From contig NW_015174844.1 in the NCBI RefSeq assembly GCF_001447785.1, forward strand, positions 408,525 to 472,524: a DNA stretch of 64,000 nucleotides, in the 5' to 3' direction. Under the pieces are notes generated by a model. The model saw nothing but the letters and a program-made list of their open reading frames with translations, did not search any database and was not told the DNA's origin. Position 1 is the stretch's first letter. Each line of letters starts with the position of its first letter. A program made the position numbers and the translations under genes. Below are positions 1 through 12,531 of this stretch, piece after piece. This DNA comes from Gekko japonicus. Lineage: Eukaryota.

Positions 1-1365
1 AACTCTTTGGACCAGGACACAGCATATGTCTCATCGAACGGGAGAGTTCACTGAACATGGAGGTGTGTGACATGTGGCAGTCCAAACCTTATTCCAGGAT
101 GCAGTGAGCAAACAGTCAAACCAGTTCCTTATGCAAATCCTTTTTTTTGAAATACAAGTTNNNNNNNNNNNNNNNNNNNNNNNNNNNNNNNNNNNNNNNN
201 NNNNNNNNNNNNNNNNNNNNNNNNNNNNNNNNNNNNNNNNNNNNNNNNNNNNNNNNNNNNNNNNNNNNNNNNNNNNNNNNNNNNNNNNNNNNNNNNNNNN
301 NNNNNNNNNNNNNNNNNNNNNNNNNNNNNNNNNNNNNNNNNNNNNNAGATTGTTTTGGGGTGCAGCCTCTCCCCAGTGTCTGCCTGTGTGATTTTTCTGG
401 GGCACTGCACTTTGGAGCAGCTGGCACAAGAGCCGCGCTTTGGACCAGTACACGGCATATGTTCCCTCGAAGGGGAAAGTCCGCTGAACATGCGGGTGTA
501 TGAAGTGTGTAGGTCTAAATCTCATTTTGGGTGCAGAGGGCACTTCCTTATTAAAATCTTCTTTGAAATACAGGCCTTTGGGAGGCACTCCGAATAGAAG
601 CTTGTGGCGCCAGAACCAGTGTTTGGTCCAGGCATCACTGAATGTCATCTTGCAGGGGACAGTCTTCAAAGCATGGGGGTGTTTCAGTTGGGGTGGTCCA
701 AAGATTGTTTTGGGGTGCAGCCAGGCCCCACTGTCTGCCTGTGTGAGTTCCCTGGGGGCACCTCACTTTGGAGCAACTGGCACAAGAACCATGTTTTGGA
801 CCAGGACACAGCATATGTCTCCTCGAAGGGGAGAGTTCACTGAACATGAAGATATATGACATGTGGCATTCCAAACCTTATTCCAGGAAGTAGTGGGCAA
901 ACTGTCAAACCAGTTCCTTCTTCAAATCTTTTTTTGTAATACGGGGTTCTTGTGTGCACCTGAAATGGAAGCCTGTGGCTCTGGAACCAGTGTTTGGAAG
1001 TGGGCAAACAGTCAAACTAGTTCCTTCTTCAAATCTTTTTTTGAAATACGGGGTCCTTGTGTGCACCTGAAATGGAAGCCTGTGGCTCTGGAACCAGTGT
1101 TTGGAGTGGGCATCACTGTATGACATCTTGTATGTCATCCAGAGCATGGGTATGAGTCCTTTGGGGTGGTCCAAAGATTTTTTTTGGGTACAGCTTGGCC
1201 CCAGTATCTGCCTGTGTGATTGTCCTGGGGATGCCTCACTTTGGAGCAGCTGGCACAAGAACCACACTTTGGACCAGGACACAGCATATGTCCCCTCGAA
1301 GTAGAGAGTTCGCGGAACATGGGGGTGTATGAACTTTGGGGGTCCAAATCTTATTTGGAATTCAG
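1..1365. repeat. End of a tandem satellite array, ~360-bp monomers in alternating A/B types
   Basis: The anchor TTGGACCAG..CAC.GCATATGT...TCGAA..GAACATG recurs at 7, 440, 796 and 1269. An assembly gap (N) lies at 161-346 inside the array. All ORFs here are repeat artefacts. Confidence 0.85.
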
Positions 1366-1858
1366 AGCTTTCAAACTCTCATCACTGTTTTTGGATGAAT
1401 TCATGAATAAGACACGAATAAGGAATGAATAAGGAACTGGGAATAAGGAACCAACTTTAGCCTCGTAAATCTCTTTCTGTTTCTGTGGTGAGGGTCACTG
1501 ATGGCAACATATTCTGAATGGCCATGGATGTCTCCATAGGCAAACCAGTCAAATTAAACAGTTCTCTTTATTTGCTACACTCAAGACTCAGCATCTCAGT
1601 TTATCTTTTTAAAAACTTCACACTACGAGCAAAGCAAATTAACCTGTTTGGCCCATAAATTACTACATTCCAAATAACATTTTCTGTTTATCCACACACA
1701 CACACCCCCGGAAACTACCCAATACATGATGATTCAAAATACCCTGGGAACACTATGTAGCTTTCCTTCTTGTTTGTCCATTGTAACAGAGCTCATTTTT
1801 CAGTGGTGGTTTTCCATTATTTCTAGGAATACTGTGGTCAAACCCATGTACTCCCAAG

Positions 1859-2063
1859 CAGTGTTCCCTCTAAGCTGAGTTAGTGTGAGCTAGCTCACAG
1901 TTTTTTAGCCTCTGGCTCACAAATTTTTGTCTTGGCTCAGGAAGGATGTCTCCAGAGCAAACTAATTGATGCAGTAGCCAAGTCGCTCGCTCACAACTTT
2001 AATGCAGTAGCTCACAAAGTAGAACTTTTGCTCACAAGAGTCCACAGCTTAGAGGGAACATTG
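1859..2063 (+). mobile_element. hAT-type MITE, family A (CAGTGTTCCCTCTAAGCTG TIR)
   Basis: TIRs CAGTGTTCCCTCTAAGCTG...CAGCTTAGAGGGAACATTG; perfect 8-bp TSD CTCCCAAG at 1851-1858 and 2064-2071. Confidence 0.93.
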
Positions 2064-2530
2064 CTCCCAAGCCTTTTGATCTCCTGAATCCTCTTCATAT
2101 CCCAGAAAAAAAAGTCAGTGATTAAGACAGAGTTCCTTAAAGAACACATAGTCAGGCTTCTGTTTGACCAAAATGGTTTCCCAGTGAATCAAACCTTTCT
2201 CAGCTCAGGGGGGGTGTTCCACAATAGGCTCTGAAAAGATGGCTAGAGCAATTGTCCTGTTTAGTGATCCACGAAAGGAAAAGAGTCCTTAGTGAAGGAA
2301 GACCTTACACTAAATCTGACCTGACACTTCAGGAATAAGACAATAAAAGGTCAAGGGGACTAACGAGAGGAAAAATCCAAACAATAGATGCCACAGCTAG
2401 CACACAGCTCCTGCCACACAGACTATGGGGCAGCAGCATTAACTGCCTCAGACATGTGAAGGGTAAGTGAAGCGTAAAGAACTTGAAGTTTCCTTCTTAA
2501 GAATTGTGGGCCAGAATTTTCACAACTTAC

Positions 2531-3181
2531 CCAGGCCTCCCAAAAAGGTCAAAGTGACACTGTAAGGTCTGGGAGGAAATTAAGAAAAAAATTAAATTAT
2601 CTTATGGGGAAGGAAGGGGGGGGGAGGGAAATAAACATGTTGCATTCTTGAATTTAAAAAAAACACAGACCAGTAATTGCACAGGTTACACAGGTAATTT
2701 CAGGGAGAAAAGTATAAAAGGAAACTGCAGGAAACCTGTTACCTGTATATACGGGTATATATGTGAGAGTCACTGAGTGTATGTATTGGTGTAAATGTGA
2801 CATTTATGTGTCTTCAGCCACCATTTTTAAAAACTAAACATTTGGAAGAAATTTGCCAGGGCTTCAGATTCAGTAGTGAGAATTTCCTTTAAGCATTCAG
2901 CGTTGTCTCTTTCTCAGTGTGAATGAATTCTTTTTCTTGTGATCTGCCTAGAGACAAAAGGAGGAATTTTTGTGGCTCCTGTGTGTAGCTCTGTTGTCAA
3001 TGGCATCTCCATTATCATGTCTTTGTAACAAGGCTCTGCCCTTGTTAAAATGAGCAGCCCCTTCCTGGTCAAGTTGGGCAGATACTCTAATTACTTACTT
3101 TGGTGTGTATGCATCAGCAGGCCAATCTTTACAGATGCTAACAGCTACCCACAGCTCCTCAATAATGTTCCTCATTGTCAA
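2531..3181 (-). pseudogene. Cluster of three candidate minus-strand exons (3181-3099, 2947-2743, 2568-2531) of an unidentified gene, pseudogene or lncRNA
   Basis: Pyrimidine-rich AG acceptors and GTAAGT/GTAACA donors. 3181-3099 reads open as LTMRNIIEELWVAVSICKDWPADAYTP; 2947-2743 has stops in all frames. No homology recognised. Confidence 0.3.
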
Positions 3182-4933
3182 CTACAGGAAGAAAATCTTT
3201 CCTTTTTCTGTTTGTCATATAAATGGGAAATGTTTGTGCCATTTAAATGGCATTCTTCTGCTTCTCAGGGCATCATTCTCCAGGAAGTCCACAGGCATTG
3301 CCATTTATAAGAGTATAATTTCCAGGTACTAATGGTTATACTTGAAAGACTTTACTAAGCTTTTTAGCCACAGACCCTGTCTGAAAACAACTCACTATAC
3401 GGTGGTGTGTTTTTTTTAGCAAGTCATCTTAGATAAGGAGTTCAGGAGTTCAGAAATATTTTAATAATTAAATAGTATTATTAAGCTGATAGACACTCAT
3501 GAACACAAAGAGCCCTCCTTGAACAAAACAATGGTCCATTTANNNNNNNNNNNNNNNNNNNNNNNNNNNNNNNNNNNNNNNNNNNNNNNNNNNNNNTCTG
3601 GCTCCTTCCAGCAACTTGCAATCTTAAGTATAATGCATCTGAAGCTTCTATTTAGCTTTCAAGGCTAATAAAACTTGGGCTCATCCCTTAAGCACATTTA
3701 TTTATTTATTTTTGTTGATTTCTATCCCGCCCATTCCGGCCTAGGCTAGCTCTGCATCCTGCATTAGGGAATTCTACAAATAAATTTCAGTACCATGTCA
3801 TGCATATCCTGGAACTGCTAAGTGTATTTTGAATGTTTGATGATATACTGTATACCAATAATTTCTTTCTAGTTGCTGTCGTCACCACCACCACCACCAC
3901 CACCACCACCTTTCCATATAGATAGCTGAACTGGTTTACAACAGAAGTCAATGAACACTATATCAACTTAGTCATATGACATTTTGATCCCCCAAACCCA
4001 TCACCCTCTTAGCTTTCAGATGAGTAGAGGACGGATATGGCAGGTAGAGAAGAGCCAATGTATCATGATACCAGGGGTGTGTGGCTGGTGAAGTAATACT
4101 TAATATTAAACAGGGGCATTACAAACATGTTCTTATTTTCATCTGTGGAATGTTGGAGGTTATATTTTAGCCATGAAGAAAAAAACCAGTCAGTTCGGTA
4201 AATACCAAGTGGCCCCTCTGCAGAACCAAACAGAGCAAAGAATTGAGAGCCACACCACCTTTCTCTGCTATCACCCTACTGATAGCAAAAGGAGACACAC
4301 AATCAAGATGTCCCAAATCTCTCATCTGGAGCAAAGGATTTCTATCTCAGTTTGTCTTAGACACTGAAGCAGAATTACCTTTTCCCTCAAGTAAGAAGCA
4401 ATGGTTAACATGTATGTCAGCTAATTATGAACACTAACTCCTAAAAACAACAATAGAACAAAACATGTTAATGGCCAGTAACAAATCCATGGATATTTTG
4501 AAGAAACAAATTAATCTTTACTGCAACATAATGGGCAATCTATTAGGACAGAAGGTAAAGCAAGATGCAGTCTGATTCCTTTAATGTGAATCATTGCAAT
4601 CAACACATACTGACCTCAAGGCTACAGTCAGCCTCTGCTTAGCTAATGCAATCCTCACAGACATGGTTAAACATGATCACATTCCAAAGTGAAGTAAGCT
4701 CTAAAAGGAATAGAAATCCCAGGGCAATTTGGAATTTTAATTTCTCACATGCCTGTTCCACAAGATCGGATGGATTTAATGAGAGAGTGATAACTTCTGC
4801 AATGCCCTTATTTATCTCAATATTTTCCTGTGTGTTGGTGCACATGCACATCGGACTATCTGACATTCACCATTTCTTAGGGCCATCTATACAGAATCCA
4901 ATGGTAAAGGTTTTTTTGGATGGTGTTTTTTCT

Positions 4934-6395
4934 GGAGAATTCTTATGGATTAAAAATTGGTTAAATGGCAGGAATCAAAGAGTAGGAATAAATGGATAGT
5001 TTTCACAATGGAGGGAAGCAAGCAGCAGGGTCCCACAAGGATCGGTATTGGGGCCAGATCACTACAATGTTAATTTATTCATAAATGAGCTGGAACTAGG
5101 GGTGAGTAGTGTAGTGGCCAGGTTTGCAGGTGACACACAAAATTATTCAGTATGAGGAAAACCAAGGCTGACTGTGAAGAGCTCCAAGAGGATCTCTGCA
5201 AACTGGGTGAGTGGGTGACAATGTGGCAAGGTGATGCACACTGGGACAAAAAATCCCAACTTCAAGTATAGGCTGATGGGGTCTCAGCTTACTAAGACTG
5301 AGAGGAAAAATTATCTTGGGGTTGGAGTAGATAGCTCAATGAAAGTGTGAACCCAGTGTGCTGCAGCAGTGAAAAAGGCAAACTCTATGTTAGGGATTAT
5401 TAGGAAAGGGATTGAACATAAAATAGCTGATATTATAATAACCTGTATAGATCTATGGTGCGGCCTCATTTGCATACTGTGTACAATTCTGGTCACTGTA
5501 TCTCTAAAAGGACACTGCAGAGCTGGATAAAGTACAGAAGGTGGCAACCAAGATTATTAGAGTGTTGGAACACCTTCCCTATGAGGAAAGGCTGAGGAGC
5601 CTAGGGCTTTTCAGTTTAGAAAAGAGATAGTTAAGGGGAGACATGATAGATGTTTATAAAATTATGCATGGAGAGAGTTGACAATGAGAAACTTTTCTCC
5701 CAAAATACTAGAACTTGAGGGCATCAAATAAAGCTGAGGGGCAGGAGATTCAGGACAGACAAAAGGAAATGCTTCTTTACACAGTAACTAAAATGTGGAA
5801 TTCATTGCCAGAAAACATAGTGATGGTCACAGGAATAGACAGCTTTAAAAGGGGGTTAGATAGATTCACAGAGGATAGGTGAAAAGTACGCAGACGGACG
5901 AGTTATTTCAGCTTAGCATACTTTATTTGGCGTAGAACAAGACAACTTTAGCCGGCTCGCAGGCCGGCTTATATCCCCGTGAATCCACCACCCGGAACAC
6001 CCCCCAACTTCCCAATAGGTCCTAACTAGTGTCCGAGAGTCCCATAGGCCCTCGGCCCGGAGCCTAGCCCTCTAATTGGTGCGGGCTAGGATCCGTATCG
6101 TCCTTTGTTATTTGGAGCGAAGCTCGATGGTTGTGCTTTACCGCGTGGCGCTCAAGCTGACCATGCGGTTGGGACATGATACAATAGTGGCTACTAGCCA
6201 TGGTGACCAAGGGGAGCCTTCACATTCAGAGGCAGTTAGCTTTTGAATTGCAGTGCCAGGAAGCAACATCAGGGGAAGGTTTTCACCTCTGTGCCCTGTT
6301 GTGGCCCTCAAGAGGAACTGGTTGGCCACTGTATGAGACAGGATGCTAGACTAAATGGACCACTGGTCTGATCCAGCGGGGCTCTTTTTATATTG
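4934..6395 (+). mobile_element. CR1 LINE 3' fragment (decayed RT C-terminal half plus 3'UTR), interrupted by a solo LTR
   Basis: WIKNWLNGRNQRVGING, GVPQGSVLGP and VARFA-like motifs, with frameshifts; colinear with the CR1 at 34415-36858. Confidence 0.92.
5880..6183 (-). mobile_element. Solo LTR (Gypsy-like), 304 bp
   Basis: TG...CA ends; CpG-rich; minus-strand TATAA (~5970) followed by AATAAA (~5925). Flanks are ATAGG/ATAG(T). It splits the CR1 sequence GAGGATAGG|..AGTGGCTAC. Layout resembles the LTR at 47123-47412. Confidence 0.8.
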
Positions 6396-7721
6396 TGTTT
6401 GTATGTGTATCCAGACTATGAGAGAGACTGTATGTTTGAAATATCCCTGTGAAAATCTTCCCTGAACATAGCCAATAGCACATCAGGGAGAACACTAGGC
6501 TCTACCTTTCTCCTTGACATGTTGATTTGCTTGTACTTTGCAGCTGCCCACTTGCAACCTGAATCATTTGATTCAGATAACTGGCATGTAGATATTATAA
6601 GCCTGGGCATTGTAATTCTACCCAGTGCACTATTGGTCCCAAACCATGCCTTGGCCATATTAATCTTGTCCATTCCACTAAAATGGCAATTTATAAAAAT
6701 CAGCTTAAGACCATAATTTTAAAAATGGGCTATATACCAGAGCATAAACAACTGAAACCAACCTATTCAAGTTGCCACAATTCTAAACCTATTTATTTGG
6801 AAGCATGTCACTGAAACCACTTCCATTCTAAGTGAACAAGTTTACATGGGCAACAAAGGAAACATTTTAATTTGTAAGGTTTCAAGCAAATGGATGCCAG
6901 AAACAAATTAAATGACCTCTTTAAATATAGATATACTTAGTGAACAGATTTTTTCTTTTTTTGTCCTTCTGTGTCTTTCTGGATCATCAAATTAATTTTT
7001 TTCACGGATTTGACAATTAAGTGTGGGCTGATACCTGTCAATAAGCTGACCATTTAAGACTACAAAAACCTTTAACAAGGACGGATAGGAAATCATTGAT
7101 TTAGGGAGGAAGCCTGAGTTAACTGAAGATTAATTAAACACTCTTAAAGGGTTGAACAGAAGCTGAGAGATGAGGGGAGACTAAATTTTGCCTGGAGCAA
7201 AACTGCTATCAGAGCTAGAGATTTGGATAACAGCAGTGGAGGCATTGGAGCATAATACTGGGACCGTTTTTTGAGAATGCTAAAGCCATTCAAATAAAAC
7301 TGTAAAATCAATTCAATGCCTTGTTCCCAAAATTTAAAAAGTAGATTTCCCAGTATCTTATATTATTTAAGGACAACTTTTGCTTGCATTCAGCATATTT
7401 GTATAATATACTCAGCTTTCTGGCCATCAAATCGTTATTTTGCAGGTAATCTATAGGGCTACCATTATGTTTATGTATGTTTTGGGGTTATAATATCCCT
7501 TTTGTGTTGCATTTGTAGAGAAAGGTATTGGATGAAAATACCTTATTTATATGTATTTAATAACCCCTACCTCATTTATGCATCTCCTAACAAAGTTCTA
7601 ACTAAGTCTGTCAGCAGCATCCCACTGCACTGTAAACTGCTAATGGCTAAGCCAAGCAACTGACAGACACAGGATCAAACTGAAGCTGTGTGTGTTCTGC
7701 ATTGTTTCCAGTTCAAAAATG

Positions 7722-7885
7722 GTGCTAAGCAGGACTGACTCTGGCAAGTACTTGGAAGGGTGACCTCCAAGGAATCCAGGACTGGGACACAGAGATAGGT
7801 TATCAAGCTACCTCTCTGAAATGTCCTAGGGGTCATCAGAAGTCACCATGACTTCTAGGCTCGCAAGTACGTGCACACACACACT
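7722..7885 (+). mobile_element. 5S rRNA-derived SINE (SINE3-type), decayed
   Basis: GCTAAGCAGG..TGGCAAGTACTTGGAAGGGTGACC resembles the 5S internal control region; RTE-like tail ending in (CA)n. Confidence 0.6.
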
Positions 7886-8184
7886 GCTCACAAAACTAGT
7901 AAAAAAAAAGAATGGTGCTGATGATGGATGTGGGATAAGACATAAGTTACCATCAAACAGAGATAAAGAGAAACTATCATTAATACTGGAAGAGAAGAAC
8001 ACAAAAGCCAAGTAGGGAGCATCCAGATTAGTACACAATTGGAAGAACAAGACATACCTGAAAAAGATGGGGAAAGCTCCCCATGCAATAGCCTTGCATG
8101 GTCTGAAGTAAAGTGCCTGAGCCAAGCTTTTTAATTAATTTTTTATTGAAAGAAATAAGAAATAACAAAAAATAGAAATACATC

Positions 8185-9978
8185 GACTTCTGGTGGGTGG
8201 ATCGGTGATGGCGGTCGCTCTCCTCAATGCCCGAGGAGGTGACTAGCACACATTCGGCTCGGAGGGGTGCCACCTCAAGTGGCACCCCCACGGAGCCCTT
8301 GTGAAGGGTTCCAGGCCAGGGGGCTCTTGAGGGTTAGCCTCTTCGACGGCTTGATGCCAGAGAATAGAGGTTTCCCTCCGCCATGATGGTCCAGCCGATG
8401 GGTGACCTTAGGGTACAAGCCAATCTAACCGGGATAAGCACAGGAGATCGAGCAGAATAGCGTATGAAGAGAGTGGGGTCAAGATGTGACCAACAATGAA
8501 CATGAGTTTGAATTAAATGGACTATTTCTCTAAAACGGATTCCCCCCGTGGGAAAAACGGAGCACAAGGAGGGACGCCTCCTAAGCGCTTGAGCAGATTA
8601 ACGAAGCGAAGGGGGGAATAGGGGAAAGAAACAGCGATTTGTTTTGAGAGACTTACTTGAGCACCCATACTGAACCGACGAGTCTTTTGAGTTCTGGCAA
8701 AGCGGTTTTGAACTGTAAACAAAGTGGGAACATGGCCGCTTCTCAAGGGAAGCTGAAACCGAAAGGCAGTCAGAGTCCAAGACCGGAAGAGGGAGCAGAC
8801 GTCATGAAGATGTTGGCGGATATGCTGAAGCTGGTACTGGAGCAACTCAGTGGTATTAACCAGCAACTGGCCATGCTAAACCAAAACTTTGCTCTGCAGC
8901 AGCGCCAGCTGGCAGAGACGGAGAAGAAGGTGGAGCATGCAACTGAAAAAATAACAGAGATGGACACTGCAAACAAGAAGATGAAGAAAAGAGTGACAGA
9001 TGTGGAAGTTAAACAAAAGCTGCAGGAGAATCGTTTGTTACAGCTGCAAATTGATAAAGCCAACATGATTCTCAGATTTCAGTGAGTGCCTGAAAATGAA
9101 AAAGAAGATTTGAAGAAGACTCTGGGTGAGATCATTGCCCCAGTAACAGGCTTACCAGCGGATGAAATAGTCAAAGATATGGAGACTGCCTATCGGGCAT
9201 ACTCCAATTACATTAAAAAAAACAGCCTGCCAGGGGAGATTGTGGTCAAGTTTGCAAGAAGACAAACCAGAGATGCAATATTAAAGGCAACTTCGGCAAA
9301 TCCACTGAAATGTGGGAATGTTAAGACTTTAAAAGATATCCCATTTGAAATTCGTCAAAAGAGGGAGAAATTAATCTCATTTCTTCAGACAAATGGAATA
9401 CAGTACAGGTGGGCGAATCCTGGAGGTGTCATCTTTAAAATCAACGATAAAAGAGAGAAGATTGACTCCATCTTTAAAGCGAAGGAATTTCTGAGATGGC
9501 AGCTGGGGTCAGGGGAAGAACTTAAAGAAGAAGAAACAAAGTCAAGTGACTCTGCCACCTCTGGAACGAATGATGACTCTGTGGGTGAAGTGGGAGCAAG
9601 TAAAACTGGGCATGATTTTAGAGAGAGAAAGCAGAAGTAAGGGCAGAAGGACTCTTGAAATGCCCCTTTGAAGTAAAGAAGATGCTCAAGAAGTGTTCTC
9701 AAAATAACTAACTTACTAATATTGAAGCAGTAGTTTAAAAAAAAGGAAAAAAGAACTCACAAATATATTGTTATACTAACACGTATTAACTTACATATAG
9801 ATTAACATGAATATGATCTCCTACTCTTGGGTTTTTAGTTAGTGTGGGTATCTTTCCTTTATCCCTAGTTGTAGTCCTTCCCTTTATTTTCTGTTGTAGT
9901 TATGTAGTCTTATGAAAAAATAATAAAATTACCCTTTCGGGGGTTTCAAAAAAAAGAAAGAAAGAAAAGAAAAGAAAA
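8185..9978 (+). mobile_element. ORF1-only (half-L1/HAL1-like) retroposon, copy 1
   Basis: Starts GACTTCTGG; GC-rich 5'UTR; ORF1 at 8732-9640; ~300-bp 3'UTR; AATAAA at 9922; A-rich tail at 9948-9978; no ORF2. TSD not resolved. Confidence 0.85.
8732..9640 (+). pseudogene. L1-type ORF1 protein (coiled coil, RRM, CTD) with one in-frame stop at 9083-9085
   Basis: Track ORFs 8657-9085 and 9086-9640 are in one frame and together align end to end with the intact 318-aa ORF at 50197-51153 (LRFQ.V.E, YIKKN.LPGEIVV.F, LKDIPF, YRW..P.G). Confidence 0.88.
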
Positions 9979-10285
9979 TCAACTTGTGTTTCATACATTA
10001 AAGCAAAGCTTTTGACCTTGTGGATCATGAAAAGTTATGGCCGGTTTTAAAAGAACTGGGTGTGCCACAGCATCTGATTGTTTTCACTCACAAACTGTAC
10101 TCTGGACAAGATGCTACTGTTAGAACAGAACATGGAGAAAAAGAATGGTTTCCAATCGGCAAAGCTGTCAGACAACAAGGATGTATTTTATCTATTATCT
10201 CTTCAATATATATGCAGGGCATATCATAAGGAAAACTGGATTAGATTTAGATGAAGGTGGAGTGAACATTGGTGGAAGGAACATT
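9976..10285 (+). mobile_element. RTE/BovB-related LINE internal RT fragment
   Basis: KAFDLVDHEKLW..LKELGVPQHLI..LYSGQDATVRTEHGE.EWFPIGK.VRQ.GCILS. Confidence 0.85.
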
Positions 10286-10375
10286 CCCACTTGAGACATA
10301 AAGGAGATTGTAAGACGCTCTGAGACTCTGAGTGAAGGGTGGGGTATAAATCCAATCTCCTCCTCTTCTTCTTCA
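10286..10375 (+). mobile_element. 3' end of a Squam3-like SINE
   Basis: GGAGATTGTAAGACGCTCTGAGACTC..GGGTATAAATCCAATCTC(CTT)n matches the end of the copy at 23590-23897. Confidence 0.75.
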
Positions 10376-12531
10376 TGATTATAAATTTTCTCTTACTCCA
10401 TGGTTACAAAGAAAGGCTCTCTTTTTTCTATTGTTTAAATTCCTTATTTATCAAAACTACAAGCCATCAAGTCATTATTATCTGTTTCATGCAAAAATTC
10501 TATAAGGGGTTTCCAATCAGCAATAAACATAGTTATTGTCTTTAATCAATGAAGTCAGTTTAGCCATCTCTGCAAGTTCCAGCACCTTCACTAACCATTC
10601 CTCTATTGTAGGCAATGTTGGACTCTTCCACTTTTGTGCATATAATAATCTCGCAGCTATTGTCATATATAAGAACAAAATTCCATGACTTCTTTCCAGC
10701 TGAGTGTCCATTAAGCCCCAAAGAAAAGACTCTGGTTTCAATTGTCTATTAATCTTCAAAATCTAAATTAATAAATGTGTTTGTATCCTTTTTTTTTTGC
10801 TTTCTTACACGTCCACCACATATGGTAAAATGTTCCTTCATGTTGTTCATATTTCCAACATAGACTTGAAGTACCTTTATACATCTTGGCGAATTTCTCC
10901 AGAGACAAATACCAGCGGTACATTATCTTATAAAAGTTCTCTTTAAGGCTAGAATTTAAAGTATATTTCAGTCTTTTTAACCACATGTTTTCCCATTGTT
11001 CCATTCATGTCATGTCCAAAAATTTGGGCCCATTTTATTATAGATTATTTCACTTGTTCTTTCTCTGTCTCATATTTCAACAAAGGTTTACACATTTTGG
11101 CAATAAAATGTTCATCATTTGTATAAAGTTCTCTTTCAGAATTCAGTCTTAGATTGCTCAAAATCATAAAGCCTTTTATCTACTTTAAACCTTTCTTTGT
11201 AAATATGAAAACCATTGGCAAGTATATCCTTGGTTTTATTTTATATTCACCTAGCAAAAATTCTAAGATATCATGGTATGTTAACCATTTATGCAAACTT
11301 GTCATTTCTCTTCTATAATGAGCTTCTTGGGTCAATAGCCACAAAGGTATTTTTGGACAAATCCTAGGTTTATATTTATTCCATATTCTCAAGATGGCAT
11401 GTAACATAGTGGTTATTAAATTCTACATTAACCTTAGCTTTGTCATACTACAAGTATCCATGCCACCCAAATCTCAAATCATGTCCTCCTAAATCCAATA
11501 ATTTTCTGTTATTTAGCATGATCCATTCCATCCACACTAAACAACAAACAGCAAAATATAATTTCAAATCAGGTAAACCCAATCCTCCTCTTTCCTTTAC
11601 ATCCTGTAATATCTTATATTTAACTCATGGGTTTTCACCCTTGCCACACAAATCTAGATATATCTTTCTGCCGTTGGTTAGATGGAACCTCTTTTATCAA
11701 AACAGGAACTGTCTGAAACAAAAATAACATTCATCTTAATCATAGACAGTCTCCCCAAAAGTGACAGTTGAACTTTGTCCCATCTTAACAAATCTTTTTA
11801 AAATCTCATTCCAAGTCTTAACATAATTATTTTGAAATAACATAAAATTCATATTTGTCAAAGTAATATTCCAATATTTTACCTTTCTCAATTTTAAAAC
11901 CTGTTTTTATCAATTTTGTTTGTTCTTGTATTTTCATTTTTTTGTTAACATCTTAGTCTTCTGGTTATTGACTTTAAAGCCCGCTACTGCACCAAATTCT
12001 TTCAATTTGACCATTAAAGTTTCAATTTCCTTTACAGCATCTTCCAAGACCAGCACGAGATCATCAGCAGAGGCTCTTAATTTATAAGACTCTTTTTTAA
12101 TCTTTACACCTCCAATTCATCTTGTCTTATATCTCTATTCAATATTTCAAGAACAAAAATAAACAAAAGGGGTGACAGTAGACAACCTTGTCTTGTTGCT
12201 CTTTATATCTCACATGGTTTACTCAGATCTCCATTGATAATTATTTGTGGTCTGAGAGGTATAAATCAATTTTTACCCATTTCACAAAATTTTCTCCAAA
12301 ATCCATATCCTCCAAGACTTAAAAAAAAGTTCTAGTTCAAATTGTCAAAGGCCTTCTCTGCATCTAATAAGATCGATGCGGTTTGTTTTTCATTGTTTTT
12401 CCAAATATTCCAAAATACAGTTCTAACATTGTTTCTCAACTGTCTTTTAGGTAAAAAACCACTTTGATCTTTCAGCTATTGTGAACAACTTGTAATCATT
12501 ATTCAATAATGATATTTGTCTATAATTTCTT

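Noticed and set aside
31-1432. Overlapping ORFs and CRISPR-like periodicity at the window start
   Set aside because: The ORFs run through an N gap and satellite monomers. The whole ~360-bp unit repeats with no unique spacers, and the DNA is eukaryotic.
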